Shown here: one piece after another, positions 1 through 8,675 of the stretch | Layout: the number at the start of each line of letters is the position of its first letter | Numbering within the stretch: the stretch's first letter is position 1 | Assembly: GCA_045863235.1 (NCBI GenBank) | Contig: BTUM01000089.1 | Coordinates: forward strand, 1 to 30,374 | Reading direction: 5' to 3' | Length of the DNA stretch: 30,374 nt | Source: Candidatus Xenobia bacterium | GTDB lineage: Bacteria; Vulcanimicrobiota; Xenobia; Xenobiales; QWHO01 | Notes under the pieces: model-generated | Databases searched by the model: none | Told to the model about the DNA's origin: nothing | The model's input: the letters and a program-made list of their open reading frames with translations, nothing else | Position numbers and translations under genes: made by a program

Positions 1-140
1 CCGCCGCGGGTCGGTCGCTGGCCGGAGTGCCCGCCGCGGGTCGGTCGCTGGCCGGAGTGCCCGCCGCGGGTCGGTCGCTGGCCGGCGTGCCCGCCGCGGG
101 GCGGTCGCCCGGCGTGCCCGCCGCGGGTCGGTCGCTGGCC
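1..140. repeat. 30-bp tandem repeat, about 4.7 copies visible, in frame (10 aa unit)
   Basis: Unit ccgccgcgggtcggtcgctggccggagtgc at 1-30, 31-60 and 61-90, a 27-bp variant at 91-117, and a partial copy at 118-140. Unit lengths are multiples of 3. Confidence 0.95.
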
Positions 141-445
141 AGGGGGGCCCGGTCCCGGACCGCCTGGGAGCCTGCGCCCCCGCGGGCCTGGCTGGCCGCG
201 CCCGAACCATAATTCTCCGTGAGGCCGCGCGTGAGCTGGTTGACGCCACGCCCCTCGCGGGCCTGGCCCAGGCGTGCCTCGCGACTTACCTGAATTCGAT
301 CTCCGCGGCTAGCCTGTTTGGGTGGGCCCGCCTTCGATGGAGCTCCGCCTGCCCGACTCTGAGCCGCCGAGCCTGCGCCTCGTGACGAGGATGGGCTGGA
401 CGTCCGCTTCGGGGCCCTGGGGCGGTTCTTGCTGATCGTGCTCAA
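1..445 (-). CDS. Partial CDS (N-terminal 148 aa, runs off the left edge): low-complexity Ser/Gly/Ala/Pro/Arg protein with ASDRPAAGTP repeats
   Basis: Manually translated minus-strand frame is open from TTG at 445 to the window edge: MSTISKNRPRAPKRTSSPSSSRGAG...GDRIQVSREAR...(ASDRPAAGTP)n. A perfect AGGAGG RBS (complement of cctcct 451-456) lies 5 nt upstream. It is absent from the ORF track because it has no stop in the window. Confidence 0.75.
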   Translation of the reverse strand, partial: MSTISKNRPRAPKRTSSPSSSRGAGSAAQSRAGGAPSKAGPPKQASRGDRIQVSREARLGQAREGRGVNQLTRGLTENYGSGAASQARGGAGSQAVRDRAPLASDRPAAGTPGDRPAAGTPASDRPAAGTPASDRPAAGTPASDRPAA

Positions 446-714
446 GTTAGCCTCCTGAAAGGGGATTCTTGCCTCTACATTGACCCGTCGTGATTGGACA
501 AGACTATGAACCTGCGGGGAAATTTGTGAACATTGCGTAAACGCCTGAGTTCCACCCGAAGCCAAAAGGCACGACAGGAATTCCAGGCAGTTGGGCCAGA
601 TTGGACAAATGTCGGTTGTCGGGCCATCCTGGATCGGGTTGTCCGGTTTCAGGGCCGAGGCAGGGCGCTTCAGGGCGCGCTTCGCGCTTCAAGCCATCAG
701 GGTAGAGTTCGGTT

Positions 715-1430
715 CATCCTGGCGGTATAGAGAGTTCGTTCGTCTCAGAGCCCCAGGCCTTGAACAAATGCTCGTTCACGATACCGTCTCAGAACGAGAA
801 TTCGAACACTTGCTCGATTCCGATACCGGCGGTATCGATAGTTTGTTCGTCTCAGGACGGGACTTCGAACACTTACTTCGATCAAAATACCGGCAGTATC
901 GATCATTCGTTCGTCTCAGGACGGGACTTCGAACATTTGCTCGATTATGATACCGGCGGTATCGATCATTTGTTCGTCTCAGAACGGGACTTCGAACACT
1001 TACTCGATCATGATCCCGGCGGTATCGATAATTCGTTCGTCTCAGCACTGGACTTCGAACACTTGCTCGATTGCAATACCGGAGGTATCGAGAGAGTTCG
1101 TCCGTCTCAGACGGGCCTCGAACACCTGCTCGTTCCATGATACCGGTAGCGAGAATTCGTTCGTTCAGCCGAGCGCCTCAAGCACATGCTACCGGCAGTT
1201 CGTTCGTTCAGGCCCTGGCCTCGAACACGTGCTCGTTCATGATACCGGCGGTATCGAGAGTTCGTTCGTCTCGGGCCGAGGCCTCGACACTTGCTCATCG
1301 TTCGTCTCAGGCCCAGGCCTCGAACATCTGCTCGTTCATGAGACCGGCGGTATCGAGAGTTCGTTCGACCCAACGTCCCAGGCCCGGGCCTCGACCACAT
1401 GCTCGTTCGTGATACCGGCGGTATCGAGAG
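715..1430. repeat. Degenerate tandem array of ~63-bp palindromic units (about 12 full or partial copies)
   Basis: Consensus GATACCGGCGGTATCGAtagTTcGTTCGTCTCAGgaCGGGacTTCGAACAcTTGCTCGatcat. Unit starts at 715, 780, 822, 886, 949, 1012, 1075, 1139, ~1190, 1241, ~1298, 1340 and 1411. Core units are 63-64 bp. Confidence 0.95.
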
Positions 1431-1644
1431 GCCTTACCTCAGCGCTATCGCCCGGGTGCTCAAACCGCGGAACCCGCCCGGAGCTTGGTCGATCAGCCCC
1501 CAGGGCCTGAGCTTTGCCGCGGACAAACGATGCTACGGCGACAGCTCCCCCCAACGTGAGACGCTGCTACCAGTCCACAGATACCACCCGCTCTAGGACC
1601 ATCCAACAGAAGTAGACTGTCTCCAAATGGAGAATTCCTTCTGA

Positions 1645-3981
1645 ATGCGCCCCGGCTACATCCTGGCCTTGCTCATCCTTCTACTCGGTTGTGGGGGTCC
1701 TGTTGCCGAGCTGGCGCAGCCTGTCCAACTCGAGGTATCGGCCTCCAATCCCGTGATCCTGCCGGGCACGCAGACCCGTCTGCAGGCGCGGGCCATCTAC
1801 GACGACGGTAACTGGCGCGACGTTACAGACCAGGTGGTATGGTCCTCCTCCAGCGGCGCTGCCAGCGTAGCGGCTGGACAGGCCACCGGGCAATTCCCCG
1901 GGGAGGCGGAGCTGACGGCCGCTCTGGACGGCCTGAATGGCTCCACGGCCATCCTGGTCACGGACGTGCCGCTGTCGGGCTTGCAGCTCGGGCTACCCGG
2001 GCCGGCTCTGCCTGGAGGTGTAACCATTCCTGCCCGGGTCACCGGACACTTGCGCGACGGCACTTCGTTGGACCTGACCTCGCAAGTGGACTGGAGCTCG
2101 AGTCACCCCGAACGCGCCGCCGTCAGTCCGGATGGACTTTCTACCTGGGCCCCGGGCGAGGCGGTGATCTCGGCTCGACTCGGAGAGATCAGCACACAGC
2201 AGACGGTTTCGGTCACCTCGGCGCAACTCGTCTCGATCCAGGTGACCCCAGACCAACCACAACTGCCCATCGGGCGCCGGCTCTTGCTTCACGCCATCGG
2301 GACCTACTCCGACTCGAGCACGATCGACCTCACCGAGCAGGTGACCTGGGCCTCACTCAATCGAAACAGCGCTGTCATCTCCAACCAGGCAGGCCGGCGC
2401 GGAACCGTGACCGCTGTGGCTCTCGGCACCTCGACGGTGCGAGCCAGCCTGGGGAGTGTCCAGGGCAGCACCACGCTGACCGTGACCGAGGCCGAGCTGG
2501 TGTCGCTTCAAATATCGCCCGCTCTCACCCGCCTGCCCACGGGTTGGGTACGCCAGATGGCCGCCACCGGGCGTTTCAGCGACGGATCCGTGAGGGACGT
2601 CAGCCACGAGGTGACCTGGAGCACCGACTACCCGACTCGCCTGGAAGTTGACGCTGGAGGCCGGATCCGCGCCCTCGCCAAAGGGAATGCCAATGTCGTG
2701 GTCCGCCAGGGAACAATCGTGCGCAAACTGCGGCTTTCGGTCGACAATGCGCGCCCCGCGCCCTTTCCCGTAGTGCTTCGCAACGCCGTGCAGGCTGCCA
2801 GGCGCATCGTCATGGCGGGGAGCATCCGGATCGATGGCGTGCAGGCCGTCAACGATGGAACCCCCGCTCCTGCGAGCCTTTTCGGAGGCGACAGCGTCAG
2901 TTGGACGCCACAAGGGGGGACGGCCCTCATGACAGGCCAGGTGCGATCGTCCGGAACGATCGACCTCCAGGGCTACCCGCCTGCGGGGGGGGCGTGGCCC
3001 GGGTCTGCCGGCCCGGAGTTCCCAAGCTTTGACATTCCCGCACTGGTCGCCGCCCACAGCACCAGTCCGTTGCTCAGCCTGTCACCTTTCGGGACCGTCA
3101 CTTTGCCTCCGGGAGACAGTTTCTTCCTCGGGAACCTCACTCACAATGGCGACCTCGTGCTCGAGGGGGCCAGCCTCTACGTCGACGGAGATCTCAGCGT
3201 GAACGGCACCGTTTCCGGCCATGGTCAGGTGGTCGTCAGCGGCCAGACCAGCTTCTTCGGGTCTTCCTTCATGAGCACGCGCCAGCCAGGCCTGCTCGTA
3301 TTGAGCCACGGCCCCATCGTGCTCAAGGGCTACAATGGCACTGCGGCTTTGTCCGCTCTGGCCGTGGAGCCCAATCTTGCCCTGGCTCGCCAGACTCTGC
3401 GAGAGCTGCAAATCGCTCTGGCCGACCCGACCACGTTGCTGGGCCCGGGCTCGAGCGTGGACCTGATGGGGGCCACCCTGGGCCAGCCGACGGGCGCCAC
3501 CTACTCTGGCCGGCCCAACGATCTGCTCGGGCAGCTTCTCAGCGTCGTCTCGGCTCAGCCCGCCGGTCGCTCGCGAGACTTTCTCGTCAAGCGCCTGGGG
3601 TTGCGGGATATCTTCAGCCGTTCCCAGCACAAGGCGACCAGCATCGACGCCTTCCTCAGCCAGGGTCAGCAGACCGCCATCGTGGACGCAGTGAACGACA
3701 GTATCTACAAGCGCTCCCAGGCTCTGCCTGCCCTGCGGAGCGTGCTGGCCCAGGTCGATCCCGACCGTCCTGGCGCAGCCTGCTTCCAGGGCCTGCTCTA
3801 CAGTAACCAGGCCATCGCCCTGCTGGATGAAGTGGACGTGGTGGGGGCAGTGGTCGCACGCGACAATGGGATGGGTGTGGTGAGCTGGCTCCCCGATGGC
3901 CAGCCCCTTGACCCGGGCGAGGTCTACCTGGGTCCGGGCGCCCGTGTGCTCTTCGTGCGGGACTCTTTTTGGGAAGAGTAG
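1645..3981 (+). CDS. Lipoprotein with ~4 bacterial Ig-like (Big_2) domains and a C-terminal Gly/Val-rich beta-solenoid-like domain
   Basis: Hydrophobic signal ending in lipobox LLLGC. Four repeats of the Big_2 pattern (e.g. LVSIQVTP...A.GTYSD.ST.DLT.QVTW.S....A.VS...G.VTAVA.G.STV.A.LG). Confidence 0.85.
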   Translation: MRPGYILALLILLLGCGGPVAELAQPVQLEVSASNPVILPGTQTRLQARAIYDDGNWRDVTDQVVWSSSSGAASVAAGQATGQFPGEAELTAALDGLNGSTAILVTDVPLSGLQLGLPGPALPGGVTIPARVTGHLRDGTSLDLTSQVDWSSSHPERAAVSPDGLSTWAPGEAVISARLGEISTQQTVSVTSAQLVSIQVTPDQPQLPIGRRLLLHAIGTYSDSSTIDLTEQVTWASLNRNSAVISNQAGRRGTVTAVALGTSTVRASLGSVQGSTTLTVTEAELVSLQISPALTRLPTGWVRQMAATGRFSDGSVRDVSHEVTWSTDYPTRLEVDAGGRIRALAKGNANVVVRQGTIVRKLRLSVDNARPAPFPVVLRNAVQAARRIVMAGSIRIDGVQAVNDGTPAPASLFGGDSVSWTPQGGTALMTGQVRSSGTIDLQGYPPAGGAWPGSAGPEFPSFDIPALVAAHSTSPLLSLSPFGTVTLPPGDSFFLGNLTHNGDLVLEGASLYVDGDLSVNGTVSGHGQVVVSGQTSFFGSSFMSTRQPGLLVLSHGPIVLKGYNGTAALSALAVEPNLALARQTLRELQIALADPTTLLGPGSSVDLMGATLGQPTGATYSGRPNDLLGQLLSVVSAQPAGRSRDFLVKRLGLRDIFSRSQHKATSIDAFLSQGQQTAIVDAVNDSIYKRSQALPALRSVLAQVDPDRPGAACFQGLLYSNQAIALLDEVDVVGAVVARDNGMGVVSWLPDGQPLDPGEVYLGPGARVLFVRDSFWEE

Positions 3982-3991
3982 CCGCGATGCC

Positions 3992-4477
3992 TCAATAATC
4001 GTCCTTGCCGGTCAGCTCCATCTCGAAGCTGTCCGCCTCCTGGGCGACCCCTTCGGCAAAGGCCGAGAAGGTCTCCAGGTCGGCGTCGGCCGGAATGCGG
4101 GAAACGTAGAGCACCAGCTGCTTGGTGCCCTCGGACTGAGGCAGGATGGCCCAGCTGCCCAGTTTGGTTTGCAGGCTGTCGTCGAGCAAGGCGCGAGCTA
4201 CCTCGGCAGGGATCTCCCCTTCGTAGATCCCGGCCGCCGACCAGATCTCACGCATCTCCAATTTGCCCACGGTGAAGGTCTTGGAGCGCACGACCAGCAG
4301 CTGGGTGCGTTCACCCTCGGTCTGCATGACCAGCTGGTAATCCCCATCCTCGTCGGTCTTGTAGGACCATTCCAGCTTCTTGAGGGGTTCCTCGACCCGC
4401 GGGTCAGGCGGAAGACCCTGAGCCAACAACGAGCTGGCCAGGGCCAGGACGAGCAGGGACCGGAGGGTCAGAGCCAT
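3992..4477 (-). CDS. Exported hypothetical protein, probable YbjN/CesT (type III chaperone-like) fold
   Basis: Signal peptide MALTLRSLLVLALASSLLA. The pattern YKTDEDGDY...RTQ...LL..S...KLGSW...AD.FE..LTG.D resembles YbjN-like proteins. Overlaps the end of the upstream ATPase gene by 10 nt, suggesting an operon. Confidence 0.55.
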   Translation of the reverse strand: MALTLRSLLVLALASSLLAQGLPPDPRVEEPLKKLEWSYKTDEDGDYQLVMQTEGERTQLLVVRSKTFTVGKLEMREIWSAAGIYEGEIPAEVARALLDDSLQTKLGSWAILPQSEGTKQLVLYVSRIPADADLETFSAFAEGVAQEADSFEMELTGKDDY

Positions 4478-6417
4478 CCCATCATGGTGTCGTCGACGCG
4501 GGCCTCTTCCAACTTGAGTTGGGAGACCTGAGGCTCGGCCGCCTCCACTGCAGGCTCCACGGCAGCCACTCGCGGAGCGCCCTCGCGAGCCACCAACCCC
4601 ACATCCTGGAGGCGAGCGATGGATTCACGGAAGGGATGCAGGTGCTCGGACGAGCCGGCCTCGAGCAGGGGCCCGAGCAGGTTGACCATCCCCTCGGCCA
4701 GGTAGTTGCGCACCAGGTCGTTGACCACCAGGATCTCGGTGGCAACCACGTTGCCCTTGCCATCGGCTCGAGGGAGCATACGCAGCGAAATGACCGCTCG
4801 CAGGGTGGAGGCGAGCAATATCTGGACGGTCTCACGAGCGGCACCCTCGAAGGAGTTCAGGATCCACTCGATGGCCCCCACGGTGGTAGGCGAGGCCAGG
4901 CTCGAGAGGACCAGGTGGCCACTCTCGGCGGCGACCAACGAGGCATACATCGTCTCCGCGTCGCGGAGCTCGCTGAGGGCCACCACGTCCGCCTGCTGGC
5001 GCAGGGCGTGGTTGAGGGCCTCGGTGAAGCTGTTGGCGTCGGTGCCAACCTCGCGCTGGCTGACCACGCTCTTCTTGTCCTGGTGGTAGTACTCGATGGG
5101 ATCCTCGATGGTAAAGATCTGGATCCGGCGGGTGGCATTGATGGCATCGACCAGCGAGGCCAGGGTGGTGGTTTTGCCGCTCTGGGGAGGGCCAGCCACC
5201 AGGATGAGGCCGTCTCGGTGTCCGGCCAGTTGCTCGAGCAGCACCGGCAGGCCCAGATCGGCCAGGGCGGGCACGCGGGCCGCCAGCGGCTTGAAGACGC
5301 CGCAAACGCTGCCACGCTGCAGGTAGGCGTCCAAGCGGAAGCGCACCCCCAGCGCACTGCAGGCCACGGTCACGTCCTTGCGATCAAGCAAGAGCTTGCG
5401 ATGCTCGGCCGGCATGGCATTTAAGATCAGCGAGCGGCAATCTTCGGGCCGCAGAATGTGATCTCCGATGGGCACCCACTGGCCGTGCAGACGGGCAACC
5501 GAAGGCGAGCCGGTCTTCAACAAGAGCTCGCTGGCCTCGTGCTTGAGCACGACGTAAAGCAGGTCGTCGAGCGAAAAATCAAGATCGGGGGGAGGGGCCA
5601 CCTTGTCGGCGCCGTCAACCGAAGTCGGGGCCGCCGGCGCCGCCGCAGCCGGCTCACTGGCTTTGATCTGGGCGAGCAGGCTGGCCATGGCGGCGAGCTT
5701 GCTGTCCAGCTCATCGAGCCTCTCGCGCTCGATCTTCTTGAGCTTGGCCTCCAGGCCATCGAAGCGCTCGACCTCGAGCTCCTTGACGCGGCTCTCGAGC
5801 TTCTCGAGCAGATCCAGGTTCTTCAGGCGCGACTCGAGCTCACCGATTCGCTCGAGAACTTCCGCCGAGGGGGCTGCCGCGGCCCCGTTGCTGCCTCGCG
5901 ACTCGAGCTGAATCAAACGGGGCTCGAGCTGGGCCAGTCGATCCTCGAGCTCGAAGGCAGGATTTCGATCAACCCGCTCTTCCAGCTCAGCCAGCCGGAC
6001 CAGGACGTTGGGGTCGGTAGCCGAGGGACCGGACTCGCCGCTGCCGGCGGGGCGTGCCTCCACCTCAGCCAGGCGCTCCTCGAGCTTCTTGACCTGGACG
6101 AGGGGGTCTTCCTCCTCGGGAACATCCTCCAGGTCGGCCTCGATCGTGGCGACCTGTTTCTTGAGCGTCTTGATCTCTTTCTTGAGCTCGAGCAGCTCTT
6201 CCGGGGCGGCTCCTCCTCCGCCACCGCCGCCACCGCCTTCGCGGAGGGCCTGGACCACCATCCACAGGTCATTGACCTGCTCGGAGGTAACCGCGCGGAT
6301 CTCGGATTTCAGGGCCGCTACCAGCCGCTCGGGAATGCCCTGCAGCGTCTCCAGCCGACTTTCCCTTTCAGGAGGCATGCGAAGCCTGACCTTTCCTTCT
6401 GACCTGAGGGCCAGCAT
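4468..6417 (-). CDS. PilT/PilU-family type IV pilus ATPase-like protein with a ~270 aa N-terminal coiled-coil extension
   Basis: Walker A GPPQSGKTT, Asp box TIEDPIEY, SQREVG, Walker B region DVVALSELRD, AESGHLV, RFR motif. The N-terminus is heptad-rich (RLAELEERV, LEKLESRVKELE). Confidence 0.85.
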   Translation of the reverse strand: MLALRSEGKVRLRMPPERESRLETLQGIPERLVAALKSEIRAVTSEQVNDLWMVVQALREGGGGGGGGGAAPEELLELKKEIKTLKKQVATIEADLEDVPEEEDPLVQVKKLEERLAEVEARPAGSGESGPSATDPNVLVRLAELEERVDRNPAFELEDRLAQLEPRLIQLESRGSNGAAAAPSAEVLERIGELESRLKNLDLLEKLESRVKELEVERFDGLEAKLKKIERERLDELDSKLAAMASLLAQIKASEPAAAAPAAPTSVDGADKVAPPPDLDFSLDDLLYVVLKHEASELLLKTGSPSVARLHGQWVPIGDHILRPEDCRSLILNAMPAEHRKLLLDRKDVTVACSALGVRFRLDAYLQRGSVCGVFKPLAARVPALADLGLPVLLEQLAGHRDGLILVAGPPQSGKTTTLASLVDAINATRRIQIFTIEDPIEYYHQDKKSVVSQREVGTDANSFTEALNHALRQQADVVALSELRDAETMYASLVAAESGHLVLSSLASPTTVGAIEWILNSFEGAARETVQILLASTLRAVISLRMLPRADGKGNVVATEILVVNDLVRNYLAEGMVNLLGPLLEAGSSEHLHPFRESIARLQDVGLVAREGAPRVAAVEPAVEAAEPQVSQLKLEEARVDDTMMGWL

Positions 6418-6491
6418 ACTTTGATCGCCGGGCCTCGGGACTTGACTTCAGAGGGCTTTTCGAAGTGCCCCGGCCTTCTCCCTCCCGCCCC

Positions 6492-8114
6492 TCAACCCCG
6501 CAGGGCAGCCCAGAGAAGTCGAAAGAAATTTCCCCAACCGGGGCGGCCCTGGAGAGCGCAAAAACGTTTGCCAACCTCGAGCAGGTTGCGGTGGTTGGCG
6601 AACCAGACCGGCGTGGGCCAGACGCGGAAGGGAGCTTCCACCACCGACTTCTCCACCTCGTCGAGCAGGCGGCAGTTGTGCACGAAGCCTCGCCCGGAAA
6701 CGATGTCTTCCAGAGGATGGCCCGGGTATGCGCCCCAGCTCAGCTCCATCAAGCCGAAGAGAGCTCCTGTCCAGACGTTGACTCCGACCGAGCCGTAGCG
6801 CAGGCGCCCCAGGGCGCGTCGGTAGGCCTGGGGATGGTCCCGCATCGTCTTGGGGTGGATCAAGAGGTTGCACGACAGGGTTCCCCAGACCCTCTCGTTG
6901 CAGAAGTCGACCGCTTGCTCGAGGAACGTCTCCGGGTCGCCCGCGTCCAAGGCCACTTCCCCCATGGCCCCGCAAAAGAGCTCCTTCGAGCAGACATACT
7001 GAGAAGACTCGGGCGTGATACCGCAGGCCAGCAACCAGGGATTCGCCTCCCCGAAGGCCTCGACCTGAGGGTAGGCGGCACGAAAGTCAGCCATCCGCCC
7101 CTCGGCGCCCGGGTAGTAGGGATGCCGGGTCGGGATGCGAGCCAGGTGAGCCTTCAAGCGCCGCAGCAGCTCCTCGCGCAGAGGCCAGCGGCGGGCGGTC
7201 ACCAAGATCTGGGCGGCCACGCAGTTGAAGCCGGCGTTGTTGACCTTCATCGAGGCCAGGTGGCGAGCCTGATAGGCCAGATCCGACCGACTCCAGGGCC
7301 CGGGAACCACGATCACAGGGGTGACGCAGCCGAGCTCCGAGGTCACCGGAACGGTCACCCGGGGATGGCGCGAGGCCTTTCGGCGCTGGCGCTCGTCCGA
7401 GTCGCTTCCCCAGACGATGGCGTCGTGAGTGCGATCAGAGCCGGTCAGGTGGATCGCCTCCACAGCCGGATGCTCCACCAGGCGGGCCCCCAGCTCGGGG
7501 CCACCGTAGACGACGGCCAGAAAGCCATCCGCGATCAGGCTGGCGAAGGCCCGCTCGAACAGGGGTCCCAGGTAATCATTGACCGGGTTCATTTTGAGCA
7601 CCACCACCTGGTTGTCCACGAACATCTTGGAGAGAACGTCGGTGGGTCCGATAGAAGAGACGTTGCCGGCGCAGAGGACCAGCCCCAGCTTGACCTGCTC
7701 GCCCAGGTGGCCCTGGGAGGGGGAATTCAGCCAGACCTCGCCTCGAAAGCCCATCCAGAGCAGCTTTTCCATGAGCGAGAGGGGCATCACCCGGGCTTTC
7801 CAGCGTGCGCCTTCCTGACGGATGGGCGTCGGGGGACGGCCTCCCTGGCTGAGCGCCTCCTCGAGCAGGCTCAAACAGCGCAGGACCAGCGATGGACCGG
7901 CGAGCCACTCCTCCCCCGCCAGCTCGGGCCCGAGCTCTTTTGCGCGACAGCCCGCCTCAGCCCATTCGGCCGCCACCTCGAGCACACCCTGACGGCAGGC
8001 GCGCAGATAGCCCAGGCGACGGGGAAGATCACAGGCCTCCCAGACCAGGCGGGCACTCTTGAGGCGCTCCATCTTCGCCTCGAGGACGTCGGGATCGGTG
8101 GCGGGCAGCGACAT
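6492..8114 (-). CDS. Aldehyde dehydrogenase family protein
   Basis: GNV, LKMNP, HLTGS, SELG (catalytic Glu), NAGFNC (catalytic Cys), ELF. Start placed at ATG 8114, preceded by GGGAG. Confidence 0.9.
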   Translation of the reverse strand: MSLPATDPDVLEAKMERLKSARLVWEACDLPRRLGYLRACRQGVLEVAAEWAEAGCRAKELGPELAGEEWLAGPSLVLRCLSLLEEALSQGGRPPTPIRQEGARWKARVMPLSLMEKLLWMGFRGEVWLNSPSQGHLGEQVKLGLVLCAGNVSSIGPTDVLSKMFVDNQVVVLKMNPVNDYLGPLFERAFASLIADGFLAVVYGGPELGARLVEHPAVEAIHLTGSDRTHDAIVWGSDSDERQRRKASRHPRVTVPVTSELGCVTPVIVVPGPWSRSDLAYQARHLASMKVNNAGFNCVAAQILVTARRWPLREELLRRLKAHLARIPTRHPYYPGAEGRMADFRAAYPQVEAFGEANPWLLACGITPESSQYVCSKELFCGAMGEVALDAGDPETFLEQAVDFCNERVWGTLSCNLLIHPKTMRDHPQAYRRALGRLRYGSVGVNVWTGALFGLMELSWGAYPGHPLEDIVSGRGFVHNCRLLDEVEKSVVEAPFRVWPTPVWFANHRNLLEVGKRFCALQGRPGWGNFFRLLWAALRG

Positions 8115-8269
8115 TGGCGGAACTCCCACGGCAGAGCTTGGAGTTTGAGACTTCGCCGACCGCCTTGCGGGCCCTCCGGATGTGTCGAATGTCCTATCCC
8201 AGCAAGCTCTGGCTTTCCGATTCCTTTCAGGCGGAAACGATAGACTGCCAGCAAGAGGAAGTGGAGTTC

Positions 8270-8587
8270 ATGGCCGAGACAACGAGAAAGACCGAATCCG
8301 AAGCGATCGCCAGCAGCATCGCCAACACCAATCTCAGCAAGATCGGGTTTGAAGTGTACCAGCCCAACCGTTCGGGCTCCAGCTTCACCTCCGCCTTCGC
8401 AGATGACGATGCCGCCCCCGAAGAGGCCTTCCTGGAGGCCTGGGTCAACGCCGGCACGCCCGACTTCAACGCCAACTCCACCCCCATTCCGCAGGCCGAC
8501 GAGCTGGCCCGCCGCTACGGATTCAATGCCCCGCTCATCAACGGCAATTTGATGCGCATGCTCTACACCCCCGAGTCCGACAGCTGA
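8270..8587 (+). CDS. Small acidic hypothetical protein (105 aa)
   Basis: ATG 8270 preceded by GGAG. GC3-rich codon usage; divergent from the ALDH gene. No family recognised. Confidence 0.7.
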   Translation: MAETTRKTESEAIASSIANTNLSKIGFEVYQPNRSGSSFTSAFADDDAAPEEAFLEAWVNAGTPDFNANSTPIPQADELARRYGFNAPLINGNLMRMLYTPESDS

Positions 8588-8675
8588 GCGGGCCCACCGG
8601 GCGATACTCGCCGGGGCGAGGAAGCCCCCGAATCCAGCAGGGCCCGCGTGCCGGGACGAGGAAGCCCAGAGGGCG

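Noticed and set aside
27..212. Plus-strand 61 aa ORF (PAAGRSLAGV repeats)
   Set aside because: Antisense shadow of the minus-strand gene 1..445, which has a strong RBS and a longer open frame.
374..385. 12-mer TGCGCCTCGTGA shared with 29299-29310
   Set aside because: This copy lies in coding sequence and lacks the hairpin; a chance match is plausible in GC-rich DNA.
715..1430. CRISPR array
   Set aside because: The whole unit is conserved with no unique spacers, the repeats are degenerate, and there are no cas genes in the window.
504..1596. Short overlapping ORFs across the array region as real genes
   Set aside because: Atypical codon usage, no RBS, and frames switch at unit indels. Kept only as a pseudogene hypothesis in the findings.
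446..1644. Replication origin or parS cluster
   Set aside because: No DnaA boxes (TTATCCACA), canonical parS palindrome or AT-rich unwinding element seen, and no dnaA, rep or par gene nearby.
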